From assembly GCA_049314435.1 (NCBI GenBank), contig JBMOFD010000045.1:1-15140 (forward strand): DNA of 15,140 nt. Reading direction: 5' to 3'. Below are positions 7,063 through 15,140 of this stretch, in pieces. The DNA comes from Chlamydiia bacterium (lineage in GTDB: Bacteria; Chlamydiota; Chlamydiia; Chlamydiales; JBMOFD01). The notes beneath the pieces are model-generated. The model did not search any database. It was not told where the DNA came from and saw only the letters and a program-made list of their open reading frames with translations. Numbering within the stretch: the stretch's first letter is position 1; every line of letters starts with the position of its first letter. A program made the position numbers and the translations under genes.

Positions 7063-8447
7063 CGACCCATTTCATTGGGATTGGCGGGATCGGGATGAGT
7101 GCTCTAGCGCACCTTCTTCTCGATCGGGGCGAAGAGGTTTCAGGGAGCGATCTAGGGAATTCCGAGGTCACCCAGGCCCTTCAGCATCGGGGAGCTTCTG
7201 TTCACTATGGGCATCACGTTGATCATCTCCCGACCACCACGCGGTGTGTGGTCGTGTCCAGCATGGTCTCCTCCTCCAATCCCGAGTGGCAAGAGGCGAT
7301 GCAGCGCGGGGTTCCCGTGCTGCATCGGAGTGAGCTGCTCGCGGAGCTCATGGCAGGATACGAGCCCCTGCTCGTCGCTGGAACTCATGGAAAAACCACC
7401 ACGTCAGCGCTACTGACTTGGGTGTTGAACTCTTTGGGATGGGATCCAAGCTATGCCGTGGGCGGTCTCTGGCAGAGTGGTTTGGTGCAGATAGCACCCA
7501 AACATGCACCCAAAGCATTGCATCGGATGGCGGCTCATGGTCATTCCGGTCGAGGACTCTATTTCGTCGCAGAAGCTGACGAGTCAGATGGGACCTTCCT
7601 CCGTTACCCCTCAAGGGGGGCGATCATCACCAACTGTGAGAGCGATCATCTCGACTTCTTCGGTTCGATGGCAGCCCTGGTCCAGGCATTCCAGCGGTTT
7701 GCCTCCAAGATACCTCGCCAACATCTGATCTGGTGCGCCGATGATCCACTCCTTCGTTCTCTGCATCTGTTAGGACCGAGCTATGGTCGTCATCTCCAGG
7801 CGGATTACGCTGTGGTGGAGAGCTTTCCTACTTCTTGGGGCATGCATTTCCGACTGCGAGGCCCCAAACAGGATTTTGCCGAGTTCGCCGTGCCTCTGTT
7901 GGGCGAACATAATGTCTTAAACGCCGCGTCCGTGGTGGCGCTGCTCCATACGCTGGGACTGCAGTGGAGTGAAATCGCCGAGGGGATGGCCACTTTTCCA
8001 GGGATGAAGCGACGTTGCGAGCCAACCTCGGGACAGCCACTCATCTTGAGCGACTATGCGCACCATCCCACGGAAGTGCGGGCCACTTTGGCAGCGATCC
8101 GTGCTGCGATTGGCTCTCGTCGTTTGGTGGTGGCTTTTCAGCCGCATCGCTACTCTCGGACCCAGTTGTTAATGGAAGAGTTTGCCGACTCGTTCCACGA
8201 TGCCGATGAGCTGATTCTGACCGATATCTACGGCGCTTGCGAGGCTCCGATTCCGGGGGTATCCTCTGAGGTGTTGGCTCTACACATGCAGGCTCATGAT
8301 CAGCATCTCCGCCTGGAACCCAGAACTCACCTGGTGCAGGCGTTAGAGACGTTGCTGGGTCCAGAGGACGTTCTGGTGTGTATGGGGGCTGGTGACATCG
8401 ACGCCGTCGCGCATCAACTAGCGTTGCGGATTCCTACAGGCCTCTAG
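7059..8447 (+). CDS. murC: UDP-N-acetylmuramate--L-alanine ligase (stand-alone, no Ddl fusion)
   Basis: Motifs HFIGIGGIGMS, AGTHGKTTT, AEADESD, DHLD, HNVLNA, DYAHHPTE, FQPHRYSR and MGAGDI. ATGA overlap with the murG stop; 462 aa. Confidence 0.96.
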   Translation: MTTHFIGIGGIGMSALAHLLLDRGEEVSGSDLGNSEVTQALQHRGASVHYGHHVDHLPTTTRCVVVSSMVSSSNPEWQEAMQRGVPVLHRSELLAELMAGYEPLLVAGTHGKTTTSALLTWVLNSLGWDPSYAVGGLWQSGLVQIAPKHAPKALHRMAAHGHSGRGLYFVAEADESDGTFLRYPSRGAIITNCESDHLDFFGSMAALVQAFQRFASKIPRQHLIWCADDPLLRSLHLLGPSYGRHLQADYAVVESFPTSWGMHFRLRGPKQDFAEFAVPLLGEHNVLNAASVVALLHTLGLQWSEIAEGMATFPGMKRRCEPTSGQPLILSDYAHHPTEVRATLAAIRAAIGSRRLVVAFQPHRYSRTQLLMEEFADSFHDADELILTDIYGACEAPIPGVSSEVLALHMQAHDQHLRLEPRTHLVQALETLLGPEDVLVCMGAGDIDAVAHQLALRIPTGL

Positions 8448-8459
8448 ACCTTTCATCCC

Positions 8460-8508
8460 GGAGGTCTGGAGGAGAATCCTCCAGCGGGGTGTGGGGAGGA
8501 GCCCCACA
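8460..8508 (+). repeat. GC-rich bipartite palindromic (REP-like) element, copy 1
   Basis: Hairpins CTGGAGGA-GAA-TCCTCCAG (8466-8484) and TGTGGGG-AGGAG-CCCCACA (8490-8508). It aligns with the reverse complement of 9392-9443. Confidence 0.65.
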
Positions 8509-8519
8509 AAGGAGACATC

Positions 8520-9380
8520 ATGGCGGCTGTGCGGATGGCTCTGAGTGGCGCACTCAAGCTGTGGGTTTTCTCCTCGATCGGGACAGCTCTCTTGACCCTG
8601 GCTTGCGCGGCTGCCTGGCGTCATGAATTGCAGGAACGCGCCGAGGATCCCCACTACACCATCCGAGCCCTTGTTCAGACAGGGCCTGAAGTAGAAGCGG
8701 TGCCCACTGGATACCTGGCTGAGCTACTTGGGTTGTCCAAAGATCGTCCGGTTAACCTCTATCAAGTCTCTACGGCTCATCTGGAGGAAAGGCTGCTTAG
8801 CAGCCCTGTTCTGCGAGAGGCTCGAGTCTCTCGTCGCCTACCCTCGACTCTGGAGATCCAGTACCAAGCGCGCACCCCCATTGCCGCTGTGATCGATCTC
8901 GAACAGGGGTGGCTTGATGAGGAGGGTGTGCTCTTTCCTGGTCAACCCTTCCAGCGGCCTCGCCAGCTGGTGCAGGTGTACCTCGGGCTCCACCGCCAGC
9001 TGAAGCCCCCCTACACACCGAAGCTGTGGGGTTCGTCCATCCCTAAAGAGCAGATCACTCTGCTGGGGGAGTTCCTCCAACACCCCGCCTGGCAGAACTT
9101 CACCCTGCAAATGGTCGACCTAGGGCGCCTTCAGGATGCCGACTATGGCAAGCGTGAGTGGGTTCTGCGTGGTAAGCCTGCTGGATGGAACCATGTCTGG
9201 TGGGTGCGTCTGCCCTCGCGCAACTGGCAAACAGCCCTTGCTTACTTGCCCAGATTAGTCGAAGCAATTCGAGAGAGTGATCACTCGGTCCTTGTAGATC
9301 TAAGAATGGACCAGATGGCTCTCTACCAGGAGCTCGATCAGAACGGGCACGCTAGGCTGATGGACGCTCACGCTGGTTGA
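8520..9380 (+). CDS. ftsQ: Cell division protein FtsQ/DivIB-like (POTRA domain), chlamydial type
   Basis: AAGGAG RBS at 8509-8514 and a single N-terminal TM helix. POTRA-like segment LEERLLSSPVLREARVSRRLPSTLEIQYQARTPIA followed by LDEEGVLFP. Located after murC. Confidence 0.8.
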   Translation: MAAVRMALSGALKLWVFSSIGTALLTLACAAAWRHELQERAEDPHYTIRALVQTGPEVEAVPTGYLAELLGLSKDRPVNLYQVSTAHLEERLLSSPVLREARVSRRLPSTLEIQYQARTPIAAVIDLEQGWLDEEGVLFPGQPFQRPRQLVQVYLGLHRQLKPPYTPKLWGSSIPKEQITLLGEFLQHPAWQNFTLQMVDLGRLQDADYGKREWVLRGKPAGWNHVWWVRLPSRNWQTALAYLPRLVEAIRESDHSVLVDLRMDQMALYQELDQNGHARLMDAHAG

Positions 9381-9391
9381 GGTTGCTCCAG

Positions 9392-9466
9392 TGTAGGGGC
9401 TCCGCCCCCTTCCCCTCAGGTGGACTGCGTCCCCCTGACCCCTTTCCTGGGGACTTCGTCCCCCGG
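9392..9466 (-). repeat. GC-rich palindromic (REP-like) element, copy 2, three tandem hairpins
   Basis: Stems at 9396-9400/9404-9408, 9416-9425/9429-9438 and 9449-9454/9458-9463. On the minus strand the loops are C-GGA-G, C-GCA-G and C-GAA-G. Confidence 0.7.
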
Positions 9467-9550
9467 TCCGCCTTTGTGTTTAAAACTTTGGGTGCTTGCT
9501 CTTGAGCTCCCGATGGGCGAAGATCGGTCCATCGATCAGGAGAGTTTTCT

Positions 9551-9943
9551 ATGTTCGTCATCCTTTGGACAGCGGCCCAAGAGCAAGAGGCTCTTACGAT
9601 CATCCGTGCTCTGGTTGAGCAGCATCTCATCGCCTGCGGGACCGTTTTGCCCGGTGCGCGATCGATCTACTGCTGGCAAGGGAAGATCGAGGAGTCTCAG
9701 GAAGTACAGTGCATCCTCAAGACTGAAGAGGGCCATCAGGAGAGAGTCCTTGAAACGATCAGAAAGATGGGGAGCTACTCCAATCCAGAGTTCCTATGCC
9801 TGCCGGTCGAGTGGGCGTCCCCAGAGTACGCTCAGTGGGTGAACGAACATCTGGAAGAGCGCCGTCCTAGCCTAAACCTTCCGATACAGAAGCGTTCCTG
9901 TTGCTCGGGACACCATCATCAGACTCCTTGCGGATCTAACTGA
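9551..9943 (+). CDS. cutA: Divalent-cation tolerance protein CutA with C-terminal Cys/His extension
   Basis: Motifs LVEQHLIAC, SIYCWQGKIEESQE, ILKT, SYSNPE and YAQWV. AGGAG RBS at 9538-9542. Confidence 0.9.
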   Translation: MFVILWTAAQEQEALTIIRALVEQHLIACGTVLPGARSIYCWQGKIEESQEVQCILKTEEGHQERVLETIRKMGSYSNPEFLCLPVEWASPEYAQWVNEHLEERRPSLNLPIQKRSCCSGHHHQTPCGSN

Positions 9944-9951
9944 GGTCCTGG

Positions 9952-10680
9952 ATGGCGCATCAAGAGAGTGATCGTTGGGTGCTGCTCCATGGATGGGGAG
10001 TCGATGCCTCCACGTTGGAGCCACTGCAGAGTCAGCTCAAGGGGAGGGGAGAGGTGTGGGGTCCCAACCTGCCGGGCTTTGGAGGAACTGCGGCTCCAGA
10101 AGATGCGTGGGGTGTTGAGGAGTATGCTCACTGGGTCATGGCCCAGGAGTTCACTCAAGGTCCAGGTCCTCTTATGCTATTGGGTCACTCATTTGGGGGG
10201 CGCGTGGCTCTGAAGATCGCAGCCCTCTATCCGGAGCGAGTGAAGGCGATCGTCTTGGTGGCAGGAGCAGGTATTCGCCTTCCCAAGCCATGGTCGCGAC
10301 GGCTTTATGTGGGGACTGTGCAACGGCTAGCTCGATGGAGCCGTGCCTATCTACCAGCGGATCTAGGAGAGTGGCTGCGTGGTGTTCTCCTCGCTAGGAT
10401 TGCGTCGAGGGATTACCTCAACGCAGGGCCTTTGCGTACGACCTTTTTGAAAGTCATTCAGGAAGATCTCTCCTCGACGGCCATGGTCATTCAGGCTCCC
10501 GCTCTTCTCCTCTATGGACAGCTCGATACCGAAACGCCACCTCAATTGGGCCGGATGTTGGCTCGGTGTCTGGCAAGATCCTCCTTTTATGAACTCGAGG
10601 GATTCGATCACTACACAGTCCTGAGTCTAGGACGATTTCAGGTCCTGCACCGTGTGCAGCAGTTTTTGGCCACGATCTAG
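9952..10680 (+). CDS. Alpha/beta-fold serine hydrolase
   Basis: Oxyanion motif HGWG, LPGFG, nucleophile elbow GHSFGG, acid motif GQLDTETP and His motif FDH. GAGG RBS at 9942-9945. Confidence 0.9.
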   Translation: MAHQESDRWVLLHGWGVDASTLEPLQSQLKGRGEVWGPNLPGFGGTAAPEDAWGVEEYAHWVMAQEFTQGPGPLMLLGHSFGGRVALKIAALYPERVKAIVLVAGAGIRLPKPWSRRLYVGTVQRLARWSRAYLPADLGEWLRGVLLARIASRDYLNAGPLRTTFLKVIQEDLSSTAMVIQAPALLLYGQLDTETPPQLGRMLARCLARSSFYELEGFDHYTVLSLGRFQVLHRVQQFLATI

Positions 10681-10817
10681 TGTCTCTCAATGAGTATAAG
10701 ACGATGTTACGTTCCCTTGGAGCTGTACAGAATGCAACTCGGCGTTGCCAAGTTTGCATATCTCCCGCCTTCGATATCATAAGTGGCCGATTTTTCGTCT
10801 TGAACGCGTGAGGCTAT

Positions 10818-13800
10818 GTGTCGCAAGCGCAGCCCGTACAATCCGCCACATATGTGGACACCCTACAGCAAGCATTCGATGCATTGTTGCCATTACCTTT
10901 GGAGGTCGCTCTAAGGGCTCTGGACCATTTCGGAGAGGAGGTAGCGCAACAGCGATGGATCGAGCAGTCTCCCCAGCGAGACGTCTTAGAGCGCGTCTTC
11001 GAACTCTTCCAAGGAGTGGTGAGCGCGCAAAAGAGCTGTGCTACGGAGCCGATGCCCCACCATCCTAGGGCCACCTTGTTGCGCGGTGTGATCCGTGCTG
11101 ATTGGATGAAGGGCCAATGCTCCATCGATGAGAGGTATCAGCTTCTTGGGATTTCTCCGACTCAAGCGAGCGTCAAAGCGAGCGAAGTGCGGCAGACACT
11201 CCGTGATCTATTGGAAGAGGCTCGGTCTCACTGCACCCCGGCGATCCGGCCCCTGCAGGTCGATCTATTCAACTACGCCTACAAGCAGGTGGAGGAGGCC
11301 TTACATCCCCATCTGGATTCACTCGTCTATCTCTATCGACGAATGATGGCCTGCTTACGTATAGCTTTAGTGGCTCACCGCACCGCATCTGAGCCGATTC
11401 AGGGTGCTCTAACTGCCCTCGTCGAGGCTATCCTGAACATGCGGCCAACAGAGGCGGACAGGAATCAACATACCTTTGTTGAACGGCGTCATTTGGCAAT
11501 CGAAGAGCTGCGCTACAAGTCTCTTGCGGGGGGCGTGGATTCCGATGAAGATCCTATGCTGGTGGCTCAACACATAGCGCGCGATGAGCGAAGGGATCAC
11601 ATCAGGAGAGCTGTATATAGAATGCAAGGCAGTGAAGTTGCCGCATACGCCGGGCAACAGAAGATCGACTCGAACTTCATGTGTGGACTATCTCTACAAA
11701 AAGATGAGGTCAGCAGGCAGTTCATCCAACGGTTTTGGAACGATGAGCTGGCGTTGGACCATCCGGTTCATCTGTGGGCCAATGCCACTGCTGGGATGGT
11801 ACGACTGATCAACATGACGGCGGTGCATGAGGGTAGGCCGCCGATCAACTGGGAAGCTTGGATGTCTAAAGTCCGGGCCGAGTTCCATGAATTGGAGGTT
11901 GAGGAGTCCAGCCAGCTACTAGATCGGGTGCGTGTCGCATATGGTCTTCTTTCTCCGTTGCAGAAGGAGAGGTTCATCCAACAGGTCATCCAGACCTACC
12001 AGCAGGACCTGCAGGAACACACTGAAACGCCTCGGCTGGATCCCTGCCGGGCACTTGAGGAGCAACTAGAAGAACTCCTGAGGTGTGCAGAGAACGAGAA
12101 CGCAGGCTGTCTCGATCGGTTGCTCAAACAGTGTGAGCAAGCTGAGTTGCCTCTGCTTGCCGAGTACCCGAACTTCATTCGTTGGATCACGAATGCGCCA
12201 ACAGGTGCATGCGACCAAGCTAGAGGTAGCCTCCAGGCCCTCATCAGAGCACATAATGGATGGCTGCTGGAGTGCATATTGCGCGATGAGCTGGATGACA
12301 CACAGGGCTTGACGGCCGAAGTGTGGAGGGTCTTTTCTGGCGTCTCTTGTGGTGTGGAGACTGATGCTTCGGGCGTCACAGTGGAGAAGGGTGGTCCTCT
12401 TGACCGGTGGATGGCACAGGTTCATGACCGCCAAATGCATAGGACGGACGTTCGGGCGACGCGTGCTCGGGCTGCGGTCCAGGCTTGGTTCCTGACTGCG
12501 TTGTCCAACCCTCAGAGGAGCCCGATGCAGATGTCCACAGAGGAGTTGGTCCGCTTTGTGGTGTGGAGCTGGCACCCTGAAGTCCTGCTTGGTCTCACAC
12601 AACAGAGAGGTGATGGTGAGTTTCTTCTCCAGGTCGTACGCAAAACTCTAGAGGCTGTGCCCCAGCAAGACCTCGTAGAGAACAGTCCAGCCGGGATGCC
12701 AGTGCAGGCTCACTTAGCTGAGTATGCACGCCAAATCGGTTTCAGGTTCCTTAAGTATGCCTCCGCCGATCTTCTCGGGCAGGAGTCCTTTATGGAGTCG
12801 GTTCGAACGGTGTGCGTGACGTGGGCACGAGAGATCGCTCTGTCCAGATGCGGGCAGGAGAGTGAACTCCAGTCGTTGGATCTGCCATGGGACCTCGAGG
12901 ATCTGTGGGTGTCTGTGATGCAGGTCCAACAAGGTGATCTAAATCGAGTGCCCAGTGGGCAACGCACGTGGCGAGTGTGCTGTGCAGCACTGAACCAGAT
13001 CCGAGGAGAGTCTTTCTCTAGCGACTCGATGAAGCAGATGCAGAGTCGCTGCCAGGAATGGCTCAAGGTTCTCCGATCGGTCCCCGATGTGGTATGGAGA
13101 GATCCTAGCGCATGTAGAGCGATTGTCCGCGCTGTTCTAGAGTGCTGGCTTCTGATCAACATGCCAGGCGAGTCTACCGCTATTTTGAATCAACAGAGGC
13201 TTCCTTATGAGAGCCCGGTGTTGACTATGTTCAGAGGTGCAAAGGAGTTCCTCAGGCCTTTTATGGAGATTCGTCCATCAGACGAGACCCTTCTAGAGTT
13301 CCTCGAAACCATGAAGCAGACCTCATATGCTCCTGGTTGGGGTCAGCTGCTGCAGGTCCATTGCTGTCATCATATGTCACAGGAGAGCTGGAATTCGATC
13401 GACCATGTCATCAGAGTCCTTACCGCGCAGCCTGGTTTGTGGGCTCTGCAGGTGATCAAGGAGCGGCCTCAGTACTCTGAGTGGGTCCAGAATCGAGACA
13501 TTCAACTGGCCTTGAGGAATTGGGATCACATGCCCCCCTCTGCTTGGAAAGACCGCGATTTTATCCTTCGCGTCGCGTCGATAGATGGTGGTGTTGCTCT
13601 CCGTGCAGGTTCTGGTTTTGCCGACGATCGTGGTGTGGTGGCGGCCGCGCTGAGACAAAATGGGCTCGCCTTCGAGTATGCCTCGAAGGCTGCGAAGGGG
13701 AGTGTGGAGCTGGCCAAACTAGCCGTGCAGCAGAATCCACATGCCTGGAAGTTCATGCAGCATGCGGACTTGTCACCAGGGGATCGTGAGGAGGTTTTGC

Positions 13801-15104
13801 ATACAGCCCTCACAGGGGATGCACGACTTGTGGAGGGGCTCCGTCAAAAGGAGCAGTTCAATGAGCGAGTCATACGGGAAGTCCTTACCCAGAGTTTTCC
13901 GCTGCCGGGAGAAAGTCCTGGATTACACAGTGGGGACGTTCTCACTGATAGTGCGGCAGTGATCAAGGTGCATCCAAACGTATGGGGGCTTGTCCCAGAC
14001 GAATGGATCCTTCGTGTTCTAAAGGAGCGCCATGGGGAGATCGATATCGCTTGGGCGACGGTTCCGAAGATCCTTCTCGTTTGCTTTCGATATGCGAATG
14101 GCAACATCCAGCGGGCAAGAGAGGCGTTTGTGCAAGCCGAAGCCTCTCAGCAGGGGGTTGGGGCGGCCCGGGAGCAGTTGGCACAGGCCATCCAAGATGG
14201 AGAGCATCTACTCGATATGGTGGACCCTGGCCTGTGGAATGTTCCCGAGTTCGTTCGCCCGGCCATTCGGCGATTCCCTGATGCGGTGAAGAGGGTGCCG
14301 GCAACATCTGATCTTTGGGGGGATCGAGAGTTTTCGTTACAGGCGATTCGCCTAGATGGTCTTCTACTAGGACGCACCCACAGTCGCCAAGATCCAGATA
14401 TGTGCAGGCGTGCTGTCGCTCAGAATGGACGTGCCCTGGCGTATGTTCAGGTAGATCAGGCGGCTTATCCCGATATCCCATTGAAGGCAGTGGAGCAGAC
14501 CCCAGAGGCTTTGCCCTATGTTCGTCGTGGTGGGGAGTGGGATCCTGCCCTGTTTGAGGCGATCTGTATGGCCATGCGGCGGGACCCTGCTCGGTTCGCA
14601 GATGTTCCAGCTCCCTACCGAGACCACCTTGCCCTTCTGCAGATCGTGGCTGAACGAGAGCCTCGTCTCTTGAAGTGGATGAGTCCTGAGGCTTGGGGCA
14701 ACATTGAGCAGGCTTTCCAAGGGGAGGGAGAGGAAGCGGACAGCTGGCTAGAAGTGGCTCGTGAATTGCTATGGGCTGCACCGGACGCCTTTTCTCTCTT
14801 CCCCGAGAAGCTCAGACGCGATGCTCAATGGAAGGGCTATGCCCGATTGGCCAAGGAATCGCGAGTTCTTGAGGATCTGCGCCTGTCAGAGCCTGCGGGA
14901 TCCTATGAACGTCGCAGAGATCTCAATGCCTTCAAGATGCGCGTGCTCCCTCGCCTGACGCCACTTTACGTCCAGAACCTGGATGAGACAGGATCTTCTG
15001 CAACGGGGCAAGGCAGTGCGATCCAGCAGATCAGGGAGTACCTCAAGGAGCATCCTGAGATCTTGCCGGCGCTTCCACCTCGGGTGCGGAGCGGTCCCCA
15101 GTAG
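10818..15104 (+). CDS. Large alpha-helical protein with C-terminal DUF4116-like repeats; possible host-interaction effector
   Basis: 1428-aa open frame with a GTG start and GAGG upstream (10810-10813). Repeats such as DDRGVVAAALRQNGLAFEYAS, ELAKLAVQQNPHAWKFM, DREFSLQAIRLDGLLL, DMCRRAVAQNGRALAYV and LKAVEQTPEALPYV match the DUF4116 pattern. Confidence 0.8.
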   Translation: MSQAQPVQSATYVDTLQQAFDALLPLPLEVALRALDHFGEEVAQQRWIEQSPQRDVLERVFELFQGVVSAQKSCATEPMPHHPRATLLRGVIRADWMKGQCSIDERYQLLGISPTQASVKASEVRQTLRDLLEEARSHCTPAIRPLQVDLFNYAYKQVEEALHPHLDSLVYLYRRMMACLRIALVAHRTASEPIQGALTALVEAILNMRPTEADRNQHTFVERRHLAIEELRYKSLAGGVDSDEDPMLVAQHIARDERRDHIRRAVYRMQGSEVAAYAGQQKIDSNFMCGLSLQKDEVSRQFIQRFWNDELALDHPVHLWANATAGMVRLINMTAVHEGRPPINWEAWMSKVRAEFHELEVEESSQLLDRVRVAYGLLSPLQKERFIQQVIQTYQQDLQEHTETPRLDPCRALEEQLEELLRCAENENAGCLDRLLKQCEQAELPLLAEYPNFIRWITNAPTGACDQARGSLQALIRAHNGWLLECILRDELDDTQGLTAEVWRVFSGVSCGVETDASGVTVEKGGPLDRWMAQVHDRQMHRTDVRATRARAAVQAWFLTALSNPQRSPMQMSTEELVRFVVWSWHPEVLLGLTQQRGDGEFLLQVVRKTLEAVPQQDLVENSPAGMPVQAHLAEYARQIGFRFLKYASADLLGQESFMESVRTVCVTWAREIALSRCGQESELQSLDLPWDLEDLWVSVMQVQQGDLNRVPSGQRTWRVCCAALNQIRGESFSSDSMKQMQSRCQEWLKVLRSVPDVVWRDPSACRAIVRAVLECWLLINMPGESTAILNQQRLPYESPVLTMFRGAKEFLRPFMEIRPSDETLLEFLETMKQTSYAPGWGQLLQVHCCHHMSQESWNSIDHVIRVLTAQPGLWALQVIKERPQYSEWVQNRDIQLALRNWDHMPPSAWKDRDFILRVASIDGGVALRAGSGFADDRGVVAAALRQNGLAFEYASKAAKGSVELAKLAVQQNPHAWKFMQHADLSPGDREEVLHTALTGDARLVEGLRQKEQFNERVIREVLTQSFPLPGESPGLHSGDVLTDSAAVIKVHPNVWGLVPDEWILRVLKERHGEIDIAWATVPKILLVCFRYANGNIQRAREAFVQAEASQQGVGAAREQLAQAIQDGEHLLDMVDPGLWNVPEFVRPAIRRFPDAVKRVPATSDLWGDREFSLQAIRLDGLLLGRTHSRQDPDMCRRAVAQNGRALAYVQVDQAAYPDIPLKAVEQTPEALPYVRRGGEWDPALFEAICMAMRRDPARFADVPAPYRDHLALLQIVAEREPRLLKWMSPEAWGNIEQAFQGEGEEADSWLEVARELLWAAPDAFSLFPEKLRRDAQWKGYARLAKESRVLEDLRLSEPAGSYERRRDLNAFKMRVLPRLTPLYVQNLDETGSSATGQGSAIQQIREYLKEHPEILPALPPRVRSGPQ

Positions 15105-15140
15105 CAAGCGCAAGCTTAGGGTGGGGGATAGTGGGGGGCT

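Noticed and set aside
9392..9466. CRISPR array or intrinsic terminator
   Set aside because: There are no identical direct repeats with spacers and no cas genes; the hairpins lack an adjacent U-tract.
9352..9842. ORFs 9420..9842 (+) and 9352..9630 (-)
   Set aside because: They translate the palindromic repeat and overlap cutA out of frame or antisense.
10754..10780. TTGCAT-N15-TATCAT promoter for the large gene
   Set aside because: The 15-nt spacer is too short to call with confidence.
13963..14781. 272-aa minus-strand ORF and the other short ORFs nested in the long genes
   Set aside because: These are antisense or alternate-frame shadows expected at high GC, with low-complexity Pro/Arg-rich translations and no motifs.
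15106..15140. AAGC-GCAA-GCTT mini-hairpin and G-runs (terminator or G-quadruplex)
   Set aside because: The stem is only 4 bp with no U-tract, and the G-rich stretch is cut by the window edge, so it cannot be assessed.

Overview
Bacterial chromosomal window, most likely from an environmental member of the phylum Chlamydiota. The evidence is the gene order mraY-murD-LysM(nlpD)-ftsW-murG-murC-ftsQ-cutA and the chlamydia-type N-terminus of the LysM protein. GC content is unusually high for that phylum (spot counts 50-67%). The left end, on the minus strand, carries a promoter, tRNA-Cys(GCA), rsmI and a truncated, unannotated secreted or lipoprotein ORF with repeated QLA(G/A)CGG motifs. The centre, on the plus strand, is a peptidoglycan/cell-division cluster with no murF and no ddl in the window; MurC is stand-alone. 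A long rod-shaped structured RNA candidate (6S-like) lies between ftsW and murG. Two copies of a GC-rich GNA-triloop palindromic repeat flank ftsQ in inverted orientation. The right end holds cutA with a Cys/His tail, an alpha/beta hydrolase, and a 1428-aa DUF4116-like repeat protein with a degenerate J-domain-like segment, possibly an effector. All calls come from motif recognition and manual base-pairing; no searches were run.
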